This document shows positions 15,702-23,939 of a stretch of DNA of 23,939 bases, piece by piece. The DNA lies in IMG/VR virus record IMGVR_UViG_2823670853_000004, positions 1 through 23,939 of that record; one strand, written 5' to 3'. The stretch is from a virus (Duplodnaviria > Heunggongvirae > Uroviricota > Caudoviricetes). Below the pieces are notes generated by a model. It was not told the origin of the DNA. It did not search any database and saw only the letters and a list, made by a program, of their open reading frames with translations. The translations under genes were made by a program, and so were the position numbers. Numbering within the stretch: position 1 is the stretch's first letter; each line of letters opens with the position of its first letter.

Positions 15702-18143
15702 TTAATACAGGTTCCGCCACTTATCATCTTCCTGCAAACGCTGGTTCCGATAGAAGATACGCAGGCCTGCTCCTGACGGAATACTGCCGCCGCGAAGGAG
15801 TAAATCGACCTCTTTCTCGCTGCCATCAAATCCTCTGGATTTCAGTTCATAGACGAGATGCTGTCGTTGATGGTCTGTAATTCGCTGTTTGTAGTCTCTA
15901 CGCCGTTTCGGTTTCACCAGACGTAACCTTGCAGCCAGTTCCCGGCGCTCCTTTTTGTTCATACTGTGCAGGTAATCGTGCAACACCTTGTCATCCATGC
16001 GGGTAATGTCCGTTCTGGGGTCCCCATCAGCTGATTTATCTTTCTCCTGTTGGTTCAAATTTTCAGCAAGGGGACAGTTATTGCCACGAGTCCAAGGGGC
16101 GCAAGCGCCCTGGTCGGCTGCCGCCTCCTGAACGTCAACGGCCTTACGAACCATTTTCCACTTCACCGCATGAGTGCAGATCTTGCCCTCTGCAATGGGT
16201 GACCAGATGCCATAAATACGAATACCGTGATCGCCATATGCGGTCGGTTCTTCGTTGATTTCATAAGCAGTTCTGATGAGGTGATATTTGCGGGGAACCA
16301 GTACGCCGCCCTGCTTCATGATGTAGGTGGCAAAACAACCAGCATCAGCAGCAGCCAGGATTGCATCAAGGCGCGGGTTATCCAGTACCGGCGCACCTGC
16401 TTTTTTGTCCCCCTGTTGCCTTGCCGACTGACCAGCCAGCAATCGCAGTTCACGGTAAGCCTGACGCCCCGGAATGCCAAAGAAGCGGAATTGCTGAACA
16501 CGATGCAGAGACGCCCAGGCATTAACGTATTCAGCGTTATCACGCAGGGATTTACCCGTTTCCTTGCTGATCTCGCCAGCCAGACCACGCCCGTCAATGT
16601 TCTTACTGATGTATTTCGCGATGTAGCTTGTTGGCGTACCTTTGCGCGGGTTTATCAGCTCAGACTTAAAGCGTGGTCCCGTGTTATTACCCAGCTCCTC
16701 GCGGTCTTCACGAATGGCAAACTTACGCAACAAAGCAGTAATGGTGCGGCGATCTTTTTTGCGCATAAAACACAACAGGTGCCAGTGAACTGTACCGTCA
16801 TGATGCGGCTCAGCCACCCGCACGCCATACCAGCGCAATCCGGCTTTGTGCATCGCCTTACGAAATGCAGCAAACATGCCGACCAGATAATCACTGCTTT
16901 GTATTACCGTCGTATTTGTCCAGGTCGGGTTGGGCCTGCCGTTATTTAGCGTGGAATGGAAACGTGACGGACAGGTGATGGTGTAGAAAACGGCGCAGTC
17001 ACCGCGCATTTCCGCGATAAGCTCCAGACCTTTAACACAGGCCATCATCTCATTGCGGCGATGCGCAGGGTTGCTGCTGCTGGCGTTTACCACATCCTCC
17101 ATGTCCAGCGTGTCGCCGTCTTCGTTCACCAGTTCATGAGAACGGAAAAACTCCAGCGACTTACGGCGCTGCTCACGTTTATGCATCACGGCTTCATAGC
17201 TGACATAGGGAGATGCTTTTTTGCTGACCAGGCAAACAGCACGCAACTGCTCTTCCCGCCATTCGCAACGCATCTTCCATAATTTCCGGTACCACCAATC
17301 GGCGCACAACATACGCGCCAGCGAACCCGGAATGAGTTCATAGGGCACGGGTTTACGGCGGTTTCTTTTCCGGCGGAGTTGCTCAAACGCAGGCGGTATG
17401 ACATCTAGTCGCAGGGTTTCTGCTGCCACCTTTTCCCATGTCTTGCGGATTTCTTCTGGCTTAACGTCATCGGTGGCATACAAATCGCCACAAGCTGCAT
17501 CAAGGCACATGCTCATATGCGCAGCAACAAGGGTGGACAGGCGTTTCACCTGATCCTGACTCATTTCAGGCAGAATCAGCAGGCCGTCCAGCCCTTCATG
17601 GCTTGCCATAAAGCGAAAAGAAGTGGATAGCTGACTGTCGCGTACATGCTCCAGTCGTTCCAGACATGGCTTAATCGTCTCACGTAAATAGCGGGAATAA
17701 GCCTTTGGCCTGCCCAGGCTGCTGAAGTATTCAATACGTTGCATCAGCGGCTTGCTGATATGGGAGGGCTGGGCGCTGACGTCTGCCAGAATGACCATGT
17801 CCGGGTTAAAACGCTGCTGCTCATGCGCCAACTTTGCCCGGCTAATGAGCTTATCCTGCTCCATTTCGCGCTGGACAGGATCACGGGATTCATTAAAGAA
17901 ATAACGCTCCCAGACCTGATCACTCAGTGCCTCGCGGCGCAGTTGTTCCTGCTCGTTATCGGTAGCGTACAGAGTGATCAGGTTTGAAAGCGCAGAAACC
18001 GGCGCAACTTCCGCCGGGTCCAGATAAGGGTTAATGGCTTTCTTAGGTAAATTCCACGAATAACCCCCGGCAGAATTCTCAATGCTACCGGAAGTTACAC
18101 TGACAAATGGATCGGCAAGACGGCCTGTGCTGATCTCTGTCAC
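15702..18143 (-). CDS. A: Replication initiation protein / rolling-circle endonuclease (gpA-like)
   Basis: 813 aa in the P2 A position, last gene of the early operon; contains a [12 protein letters not shown]-type Rep motif; start overlaps the upstream stop (ATGA). Confidence 0.9.
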   Translation of the reverse strand: MTEISTGRLADPFVSVTSGSIENSAGGYSWNLPKKAINPYLDPAEVAPVSALSNLITLYATDNEQEQLRREALSDQVWERYFFNESRDPVQREMEQDKLISRAKLAHEQQRFNPDMVILADVSAQPSHISKPLMQRIEYFSSLGRPKAYSRYLRETIKPCLERLEHVRDSQLSTSFRFMASHEGLDGLLILPEMSQDQVKRLSTLVAAHMSMCLDAACGDLYATDDVKPEEIRKTWEKVAAETLRLDVIPPAFEQLRRKRNRRKPVPYELIPGSLARMLCADWWYRKLWKMRCEWREEQLRAVCLVSKKASPYVSYEAVMHKREQRRKSLEFFRSHELVNEDGDTLDMEDVVNASSSNPAHRRNEMMACVKGLELIAEMRGDCAVFYTITCPSRFHSTLNNGRPNPTWTNTTVIQSSDYLVGMFAAFRKAMHKAGLRWYGVRVAEPHHDGTVHWHLLCFMRKKDRRTITALLRKFAIREDREELGNNTGPRFKSELINPRKGTPTSYIAKYISKNIDGRGLAGEISKETGKSLRDNAEYVNAWASLHRVQQFRFFGIPGRQAYRELRLLAGQSARQQGDKKAGAPVLDNPRLDAILAAADAGCFATYIMKQGGVLVPRKYHLIRTAYEINEEPTAYGDHGIRIYGIWSPIAEGKICTHAVKWKMVRKAVDVQEAAADQGACAPWTRGNNCPLAENLNQQEKDKSADGDPRTDITRMDDKVLHDYLHSMNKKERRELAARLRLVKPKRRRDYKQRITDHQRQHLVYELKSRGFDGSEKEVDLLLRGGSIPSGAGLRIFYRNQRLQEDDKWRNLY

Positions 18144-19150
18144 TCACAGACTCCTGCATATACACTGCTGCACACCGCTTTATCATTCATGCCTGCCAGC
18201 AGGTCAAACTGCATACCGCCCCGAGTCGTTAAGGCCCAGTCCCGATAAGTTTCAATGCCATAAGCATCAACAGTTATGACTTCGATCCGTTTTTCAGCAC
18301 GGCGCGGATCATGCGTGGATGGAAAGAACGTTGAATTGCCACGTCTTGAACATTCCGCAACCAGTCTTTCCCACTCAGCCACTCGGCGGATTTCTTCTGG
18401 CCAGCGTTGGAAAATCTCTCCAAGTTCTGACTTGCGAGCATGAATGCATGGCATACAACCGACACGACTGCATCCCTGCATATAAAGGGGGTTAGGCTTA
18501 ATGCCATGACGTTTGGCAATAGCAAACACATCCTCATGCAGCCAATTAAGGATCGGACGATAAACATGCAGCCCCAGAGTATTGTCTGCATCGTCCTCCC
18601 ACTCAGGCAACAATGCACGTTCCGGTGATTCCTGCCCCCGGACTCCTTGCCAACTGATTACCTCATCGTATTCATCCAGAGCTGGATCGATTACCTGTGT
18701 ACGTATTGGTTCATGTTTCAGTTCAAAAGTGCAGAAACGAGCTTTTGTTGAAGGGAAGCGACCTTTCCACATGCACAAATCAAGAAACGGAACGCCGGTT
18801 GGTTTAAGGATTTCCAGTGCCCGGTAAATACGTTCCTCAGCCTCATCTGTCGACATACCACATTCCTCAACGAGAGAAATGGGCCACTTTTCCGCAATGA
18901 ATTTACGTTTCCCTTCTATCTGGCGTGTGAAATCCGCTTTGACGCGAATAATCTTGCCCAGCTTTGATTCCAGATAATCCAGATATTCTATTGTCTGTGG
19001 ATGTTCATGACCCGTATCGGCAAATACAGAAATATGCGGAACATCGTTTTCAATGGCTCTTAGCCATTGAGCGAGACTATCTTTGCCACCAGAAGTAGTG
19101 ATGACGTTAATGGTGCCTGAGGCAAAGCAACGCGGATCGATAGCATTCAT
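18140..19150 (-). CDS. PAPS-reductase-family (PP-loop ATP pyrophosphatase, DndC-like) protein
   Basis: 336 aa; N-terminal PP-loop TTSGGKDS; C-terminal Cys cluster ([11 protein letters not shown]); ATGA coupling to Dam upstream and A downstream. Confidence 0.8.
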   Translation of the reverse strand: MNAIDPRCFASGTINVITTSGGKDSLAQWLRAIENDVPHISVFADTGHEHPQTIEYLDYLESKLGKIIRVKADFTRQIEGKRKFIAEKWPISLVEECGMSTDEAEERIYRALEILKPTGVPFLDLCMWKGRFPSTKARFCTFELKHEPIRTQVIDPALDEYDEVISWQGVRGQESPERALLPEWEDDADNTLGLHVYRPILNWLHEDVFAIAKRHGIKPNPLYMQGCSRVGCMPCIHARKSELGEIFQRWPEEIRRVAEWERLVAECSRRGNSTFFPSTHDPRRAEKRIEVITVDAYGIETYRDWALTTRGGMQFDLLAGMNDKAVCSSVYAGVCE

Positions 19151-19995
19151 GCGCGTACCTCAACGGTACGGTCAGAGCCGCTGGCAAAATCGACACCAAA
19201 CCACCCAGCTGATTTGGTGGCAATGATTTCTGTTGCAGATTTACTCTCGCCAGCTGACACGCCAATGCTGCGTTTTGTCTTGATGTAGTGGTGAGTGAAA
19301 TTGCGATACAGCGAGCGGATCAGGGATGTGTCACTGTTAGAAACAATGATCGGATGTCCTTCTGATGACCGATGTTCAAGAACGGATGCCAGGTGATACT
19401 GGTCATCTTCAGTGAAGCCGGCAGTGTGATAACCGGAAAACGTACCGTCATAAGGCGGATCGCAATACACAACATCCCCCGCGTGCAACATTGCCAGCGT
19501 TTCATCGAAGCTGGCGCAGATAAATGTTGCCCGCTGGGCTTTTTCTGCAAATGCACGAATTTCTTTTTCAGGGAAATACGGATTTTTATAATTACCGTAG
19601 GGAATGTTGAAATGCCCGCTCTTGTTATAGCGACATAAACCACGGTAACCGTGACGATTGAGATACAGGAAATATACTGCTTTCATGAAATCAGTAATTT
19701 CAGTTGAGTAATTAAACTCCTGCCTTATGTTGTAATAAGCCATCTCCCTGTTTGCGTTCTCAAATAAAACTCTGGCGCGAGATATAAACGATTCACAATC
19801 AGCGGCAACCTTTTTATAGAGGTTGATTAAATCAGGATTAATATCCGCAACCAGATAGCTGGGGTAATCCGTCTCCATCATCACTGCACAGGAACCCGCG
19901 AAAGGTTCAACCAGTCGCGGGCCAGCAGGAAGGTATTTTTTCAGTTCTGCCATAATGGCCGTTTTATTTCCCGCCCATTTCAAGATGGTGCTCAT
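19147..19995 (-). CDS. dam: DNA adenine methyltransferase (Dam family, probable GATC N6-adenine MTase)
   Basis: ORF 19147..20055 trimmed to ATG at 19995 ([11 protein letters not shown], the Dam N-terminal signature); catalytic DPPY motif ([10 protein letters not shown]); AdoMet-binding EPFAGSCAV. Start overlaps the zinc-finger gene stop (ATGA). Confidence 0.85.
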   Translation of the reverse strand: MSTILKWAGNKTAIMAELKKYLPAGPRLVEPFAGSCAVMMETDYPSYLVADINPDLINLYKKVAADCESFISRARVLFENANREMAYYNIRQEFNYSTEITDFMKAVYFLYLNRHGYRGLCRYNKSGHFNIPYGNYKNPYFPEKEIRAFAEKAQRATFICASFDETLAMLHAGDVVYCDPPYDGTFSGYHTAGFTEDDQYHLASVLEHRSSEGHPIIVSNSDTSLIRSLYRNFTHHYIKTKRSIGVSAGESKSATEIIATKSAGWFGVDFASGSDRTVEVRA

Positions 19996-20219
19996 ACAGC
20001 ACCTCCGTTGTAATGTTTGCCTTTCAGTTCTGCGATTTCCTGACAGGTAATGCAAAGCTGCACTCCCGGAATGGCGCGGCGTCGTGCTGGCGGAATTGGC
20101 GCTTCACATTCAATGCAAAGTACGCGTGACACGCCCGGTGTTTTGGCACGGGCAGCACGGATATGGCGCTGGCGTTCTTCTTCAACGCGCTGCTGTACGA
20201 GATCCATTGCATCAGCCAT
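19992..20219 (-). CDS. TraR/DksA-family C4 zinc-finger protein
   Basis: 75 aa with CIECEAPIP...CITCQ (Cys-X2-Cys ... Cys-X2-Cys); position corresponds to the small zinc-finger ORF between B and A in P2-family phages. Confidence 0.7.
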   Translation of the reverse strand: MADAMDLVQQRVEEERQRHIRAARAKTPGVSRVLCIECEAPIPPARRRAIPGVQLCITCQEIAELKGKHYNGGAV

Positions 20220-20458
20220 TAGTGGCTCTCCTGCGCTTCGTTCTGGATTGCTTCAGCAGTCACACGCAGCAGTTCTGCCGCTTCGACGTGGTTTAGCTGG
20301 CGGGATGTAATATGACACGCCAGACTATCAAGGCGAGCTGCCATTGCTTCAGCCCTTGCCCGGCGTTCTTCCAGACGAGCCTCTGTCAGTAAAATATTAA
20401 GCCCTGCGTCATCCGGTCCGGTTTTAGTCGTGAGGGTTTCAATATTACGCATAATCAA
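20219..20458 (-). CDS. Hypothetical early-operon protein (79 aa)
   Basis: ORF in operon context, coupled to the downstream zinc-finger gene; no motif recognised. Confidence 0.5.
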   Translation of the reverse strand: MIMRNIETLTTKTGPDDAGLNILLTEARLEERRARAEAMAARLDSLACHITSRQLNHVEAAELLRVTAEAIQNEAQESH

Positions 20459-20519
20459 TTCTCCTGAATTTAGATAAAGGGATGCCCGGCGGGTTTACGC
20501 CATTAATTTCATTAGTTGG

Positions 20520-20861
20520 TTAATTCGGCATGGTTAACCGTCTGGGAAATAAGCTCACCACTGCACGAAAATGATTCATTGCTTTAATCAACTCCCGCTT
20601 TTCGTCAGTGGTCAGCTCATTAATGCTGATGCTATGACGTTCAGCTGGAATTTTTGCCATAAAGAATATGGCAGCCAGTGCCCGTTTATTTTGTTCACTA
20701 TTAATATCCCGTGGATCACGCATATCTTTAATAAACCGCTCAAGCTCTGACTCAATATTAAGACCAAAAACTTTCGCCCTTAACTCCGCAATATGATTAA
20801 GTCCATTCAGGCGTTCACCGGGGCTTAATGGAACAGTCGCCGCAGCGCCTTCAATAGCCAT
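20520..20861 (-). CDS. Hypothetical early-operon protein (113 aa), possibly a 186 dhr-position gene
   Basis: ORF with GGGGGA-type ribosome-binding site; positional analogy only. Confidence 0.45.
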   Translation of the reverse strand: MAIEGAAATVPLSPGERLNGLNHIAELRAKVFGLNIESELERFIKDMRDPRDINSEQNKRALAAIFFMAKIPAERHSISINELTTDEKRELIKAMNHFRAVVSLFPRRLTMPN

Positions 20862-21025
20862 TTGTTCCCCCGTTTTTTCGTAGATAGTTCTGCCAGCAAT
20901 TCATCTTGTGAACGGCACGGATGCCAGCGTTTACCATCCTCACCCATGATCCAGCCGTGACCGTAGTGCATTGCCGGGCTTTGTTTAACCAGCAGCGATG
21001 CAAATGATGGTTCTTTCGTAAGCAT
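20825..21025 (-). CDS. Hypothetical small early protein (about 66 aa), possibly a 186 fil-position gene
   Basis: ORF 20825..21058 trimmed to the internal Met (MLTKEPSF...) so it does not overlap the CII-like stop; start choice uncertain. Overlapping ORF 20851..21036 judged spurious. Confidence 0.4.
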   Translation of the reverse strand: MLTKEPSFASLLVKQSPAMHYGHGWIMGEDGKRWHPCRSQDELLAELSTKKRGNKWLLKALRRLFH

Positions 21026-21032
21026 AAGCACC

Positions 21033-21548
21033 TCACAGCAAACCGAATGAAGCACCAAGGCCAGTCATGGTATCAACTGCACTCGCCATCGCCGGGTTAG
21101 CCTGTAAACGGGCCTGCAATGAAACAGCAGCCAGCGCCATCAGTCGTGTTACAGAGTTAATGCTGCTGATAGCATCACGACGACCTGCACTGGTTTTTAC
21201 ATCGCCAGATACCGCACCTGCAGCAACACGCCCGATCTCTGCGGTTGCACTCATGACGTAATGCGGCAGTTTCTCTTTTGCTACCTCATTAATCGGTACA
21301 CATGGCAGACAATGAATCTGTGCCAGAAAACCATCTACCAGCGTTGAATCTTCAGTCAGATCGGTAAGCAGCCAGATTTCTGGTGCGGTTAATAGATGAG
21401 GCTGAGCTGGGTTCAGCTTGTTCCGCAGAATCTGCACATTCATGCCTGCACGTTCTGCCAGTTGCACCAGATTGTGGCGCAGTGCAAATGCACGACAGGC
21501 TTCATCAAAATGTGGATGTTTGGAAACTTGGTAATCAAACATGGTCAA
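21033..21548 (-). CDS. cII: CII-like lysogeny-establishment transcriptional activator (186 CII type)
   Basis: 171 aa; first gene after the Apl/Cox-like gene in the early operon; N-terminus [22 protein letters not shown] and length match my recollection of 186 CII (169 aa). Confidence 0.65.
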   Translation of the reverse strand: MTMFDYQVSKHPHFDEACRAFALRHNLVQLAERAGMNVQILRNKLNPAQPHLLTAPEIWLLTDLTEDSTLVDGFLAQIHCLPCVPINEVAKEKLPHYVMSATAEIGRVAAGAVSGDVKTSAGRRDAISSINSVTRLMALAAVSLQARLQANPAMASAVDTMTGLGASFGLL

Positions 21549-21574
21549 TGCCTCTGATGTATTTCAGAATCGAA

Positions 21575-21796
21575 CTAATTAAGGTTTAGATTGCATTCTG
21601 AAAGCGCATCAACGGTCATGGCTGCTATGTTGATCATCACTTTTTCGCGTTTTTTATCTTTGCGCAAACGGTGACGGATAAGGCGTCCGTCAGCCAACAT
21701 GTCATTGATGGTATCGATGGACAGCCCTGTCAGCTCGCTATAGCGCTCAATAGTCACATGAGGCGTGGTAAGAGTGATTGAAATGTTAGGTCTCAT
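21575..21796 (-). CDS. Apl/Cox-like small DNA-binding excisionase/switch regulator
   Basis: 73-aa basic protein, first gene of the early operon, divergent from the repressor gene. Confidence 0.6.
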   Translation of the reverse strand: MRPNISITLTTPHVTIERYSELTGLSIDTINDMLADGRLIRHRLRKDKKREKVMINIAAMTVDALSECNLNLN

Positions 21797-21915
21797 GATG
21801 CAACATTCCTCGTTTAATGATGATTAATCAGGACGAATACGGATCGTTTGTATTTTGTGAACACCATAAACATACGATCGCACAATGAAATCGTCAAGAT
21901 AAAAGTTCACTTGGA
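21797..21915. promoter_or_regulatory. Lysis/lysogeny switch region between divergent Apl/Cox-like and CI-like genes
   Basis: 119-bp AT-rich intergenic region with an imperfect inverted repeat GATCGTTTGTATTTTGTG ... CACCATAAACATACGATCG (about 21848-21886) that could be repressor operators. Promoters not mapped. Confidence 0.4.
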
Positions 21916-22491
21916 GTGACCATGAATTTGGAGAAAGGCGGACGAGGCGCTATAGAGCGCATGGTAGAAGCTTATGGATTCAAAACCCGACAGGCGTTGT
22001 GCGATCATTTAGGAATCTCTAAAAGTACACTCGCCACACGCTACATGCGTGACTCATTCCCAGCAGAATGGGTAATCCAGTGCGCCCTTGAAACGGGCAC
22101 CTCGCTTAATTGGCTCACAACCGGACATGGTTCAAAGCAAACTTCAGGTAATACAAATACTATGGAAGTTGCTAAATATGTATTATCTGATGGTGCCTTG
22201 CGTGAAGACGGTTTTTATATTTTTGATAAGGGATTTCTACCCTCTACGTTTAAAAAACCTTTTGTCATCACAGATAACAATTCTGAATTTATTTGTGATA
22301 AAGAATTTGATGATATACGTGATGGTAAATGGGTAATAAGTATTGATGGCGAAGTAACGATCCGTGACATTACTCGTTTACCCGGTGGAAGAATCTTCGT
22401 CGAGGGTGGAAACAGAGCCTTCGAATGTAAGATAGAAGACATTGAAATAATTGGTAAAATTATAAGTTTAACAGTCAAGTATGTTAAATAG
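21916..22491 (+). CDS. cI: Immunity repressor, 186 CI type
   Basis: 191 aa; GGAG ribosome-binding site 5 nt upstream; N-terminal helix-turn-helix region (EAYGF...CALETGTSLNWLTTGHG) and C-terminal LPGGRIFVEGGNRAFECKIEDIE resemble 186 CI as I recall it; far longer than the 99-aa P2 C repressor. Confidence 0.8.
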   Translation: MTMNLEKGGRGAIERMVEAYGFKTRQALCDHLGISKSTLATRYMRDSFPAEWVIQCALETGTSLNWLTTGHGSKQTSGNTNTMEVAKYVLSDGALREDGFYIFDKGFLPSTFKKPFVITDNNSEFICDKEFDDIRDGKWVISIDGEVTIRDITRLPGGRIFVEGGNRAFECKIEDIEIIGKIISLTVKYVK

Positions 22492-22506
22492 TACCGGGAG
22501 GAAACT

Positions 22507-22698
22507 ATGCTTGGTAAGGTATTTTTTGTGGTTTTGTCATGTTCTTTGTTATTAAACCCACTAACTACCTATGCTAGAAATTATCCCTGCTCAGGGAAAA
22601 AGGGAGGTGTTTCTCACTGTACCTCAGATGGCAAATTCGTTTGCAATGATGGAACTATTAGTAAATCCAAAAAAATCTGTACTAAAAACTCACGATAA
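22507..22698 (+). CDS. Small secreted Cys-rich protein (63-aa precursor), unknown function
   Basis: GGAGG ribosome-binding site 7 nt upstream; hydrophobic signal peptide ([19 protein letters not shown]); about 40-aa Lys/Gly/Ser/Thr-rich mature peptide with four Cys; AT-rich; sits between cI and int. Confidence 0.5.
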   Translation: MLGKVFFVVLSCSLLLNPLTTYARNYPCSGKKGGVSHCTSDGKFVCNDGTISKSKKICTKNSR

Positions 22699-22886
22699 CT
22701 TTTGCTTTTATATCTGCGTCTAAAATAAAAATGAGCCGCAGGTTAACCGCAAAAGTTACATGCTCACATAGCAAAAAGAATAGCCAACTTCATTATGGCT
22801 TCAGTGAGATGTATGGTCGTAGGATTTCATACATTGACACTGGTTATACATACAGTAAAAATGCTCTCTACTGGAGGGCATTTTTT

Positions 22887-23939
22887 ATGGCAGTACGAAA
22901 ACTCACCACAGGGAAATGGCTTTGCGAATGTTACCCCGCCGGACGAAGTGGGCGTCGTGTGCGTAAACAATTCGCCACCAAAGGCGAAGCTCTGGCTTTT
23001 GAGCGTCACACTATGGAAGAAACCGAATCAAAGCCATGGCTGGGCGAATCAGTGGATCGTCGAACCCTGAAAGACGTGGTTGAGCTATGGTTCAAACTAC
23101 ATGGTAAATCTCTGACTGCTGGGCAGCATGTCTATGACAAATTGCTGCTGATGGTTGACGCTCTGGGCAATCCTCTTGCAACCGATCTCACCTCTAAAAT
23201 GTTTGCCCACTATCGAGATAAACGCCTGACAGGCGAGATCTACTTCAGCGAGAAATGGAAGAAAGGAGCAAGCCCGGTCACCATTAACCTGGAGCAAAGC
23301 TATCTAAGTAGTGTTTTTAGCGAACTATCCCGTCTGGGCGAATGGTCGTATCCGAACCCACTGGAGAACATGCGAAAATTCACCATCGCAGAAAAAGAGA
23401 TGGCATGGCTTACCCATGAGCAGATTGTTGAATTACTGGCTGATTGCAAACGTCAGGACCCAATTCTAGCACTGGTAGTTAAGATATGCTTAAGCACAGG
23501 CGCACGCTGGCGAGAAGCCGTAAATCTTACTCGTTCACAGGTGACCAAATACCGAATTACCTTTGTAAGAACGAAGGGGAAGAAAAACAGAAGCATCCCT
23601 ATCAGTAAAGAGCTTTACGAAGAGATCATGGCGCTTGATGGGTTCAATTTCTTCACAGACTGCTATTTTCAATTTTTATCCGTGATGGAAAAAACGTCTA
23701 TCGTGCTCCCTCGCGGTCAACTCACACACGTTCTGCGCCATACGTTTGCGGCGCACTTCATGATGTCGGGTGGAAACATTCTGGCCTTACAAAAAATTCT
23801 CGGACACCACGATATAAAAATGACTATGCGTTACGCACATCTGGCACCGGATCATCTGGAAACGGCGCTCCGTTTCAATCCTCTGGCAACGCTGCCAAGT
23901 GGCGACAAAGTGGCGGCAGCGGTTGGCATTACCCCGTAA
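22887..23939 (+). CDS. int: Tyrosine site-specific integrase (P2/186 Int family)
   Basis: ORF 22731..23939 trimmed to ATG at 22887 (MAVRKLTTGKW..., GGAGGG 7 nt upstream). Catalytic-domain motifs LSTGARWREA and HVLRHTFAAHFMMSGGNILALQKILGHHDIKMTMRYAHLAPDHL. Stop codon is the last three bases of the window. Confidence 0.85.
   Translation: MAVRKLTTGKWLCECYPAGRSGRRVRKQFATKGEALAFERHTMEETESKPWLGESVDRRTLKDVVELWFKLHGKSLTAGQHVYDKLLLMVDALGNPLATDLTSKMFAHYRDKRLTGEIYFSEKWKKGASPVTINLEQSYLSSVFSELSRLGEWSYPNPLENMRKFTIAEKEMAWLTHEQIVELLADCKRQDPILALVVKICLSTGARWREAVNLTRSQVTKYRITFVRTKGKKNRSIPISKELYEEIMALDGFNFFTDCYFQFLSVMEKTSIVLPRGQLTHVLRHTFAAHFMMSGGNILALQKILGHHDIKMTMRYAHLAPDHLETALRFNPLATLPSGDKVAAAVGITP

Noticed and set aside
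16227-16949. 240-aa plus-strand ORF inside gene A
   Set aside because: Entirely antisense to the 813-aa replication gene; no ribosome-binding site noted; typical shadow ORF in GC-rich coding DNA.
20851-21036. 61-aa minus-strand ORF overlapping the fil-position ORF
   Set aside because: Alternative frame of the same DNA with a Cys/Arg/Trp-rich product; the other frame gives a more protein-like sequence and fits the operon spacing.
22731-22886. Upstream 52-codon extension of the integrase ORF (402-aa version)
   Set aside because: Integrase family similarity begins at MAVRKLTTGKW (22887), which has a GGAGGG ribosome-binding site; the extension has no recognisable similarity and runs through probable promoter DNA.
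1-23939. Search for CRISPR arrays, tRNA/rRNA genes, IS elements and att direct repeats
   Set aside because: No regularly spaced direct repeats, no cloverleaf-like tRNA candidates and no transposase-like ORFs were seen. Both prophage ends (attL/attR) appear to lie outside the window, so integration-site repeats cannot be assessed.

Overview
The window is almost entirely one P2/186-family (Peduovirus-like) temperate myophage genome, most likely an integrated prophage, running from a truncated tail-fibre gene (H) to a complete integrase gene that ends at the last base. Gene calls rest on my reading of the supplied six-frame translations, recalled family motifs and P2/186 synteny; no database search was run. 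Layout: (1) minus-strand late operons H(partial)-I-J-W-V / S-R-lysC/lysB-lysA-K-Y-X-L-M-N-O, with plus-strand P (terminase ATPase) and Q (portal); (2) an accessory hotspot between Q and replication gene A, which holds the best candidates for something new: a DUF262/DUF1524 GmrSD-family nuclease, a probable cos site, an unrecognised lipoprotein, and a LexA-box-controlled DinI-like pair; (3) the minus-strand early operon with Apl/Cox-like, CII-like, small ORFs, a TraR/DksA zinc finger, Dam methyltransferase, a PAPS-reductase-family protein and A; (4) plus-strand CI-type repressor, a small Cys-rich secreted-peptide ORF and the tyrosine integrase. The cargo genes look AT-rich by eye against the GC-richer phage backbone (not computed). 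No rRNA, tRNA, CRISPR array or transposon was recognised. None of the cargo can be shown to be a new system from sequence alone.
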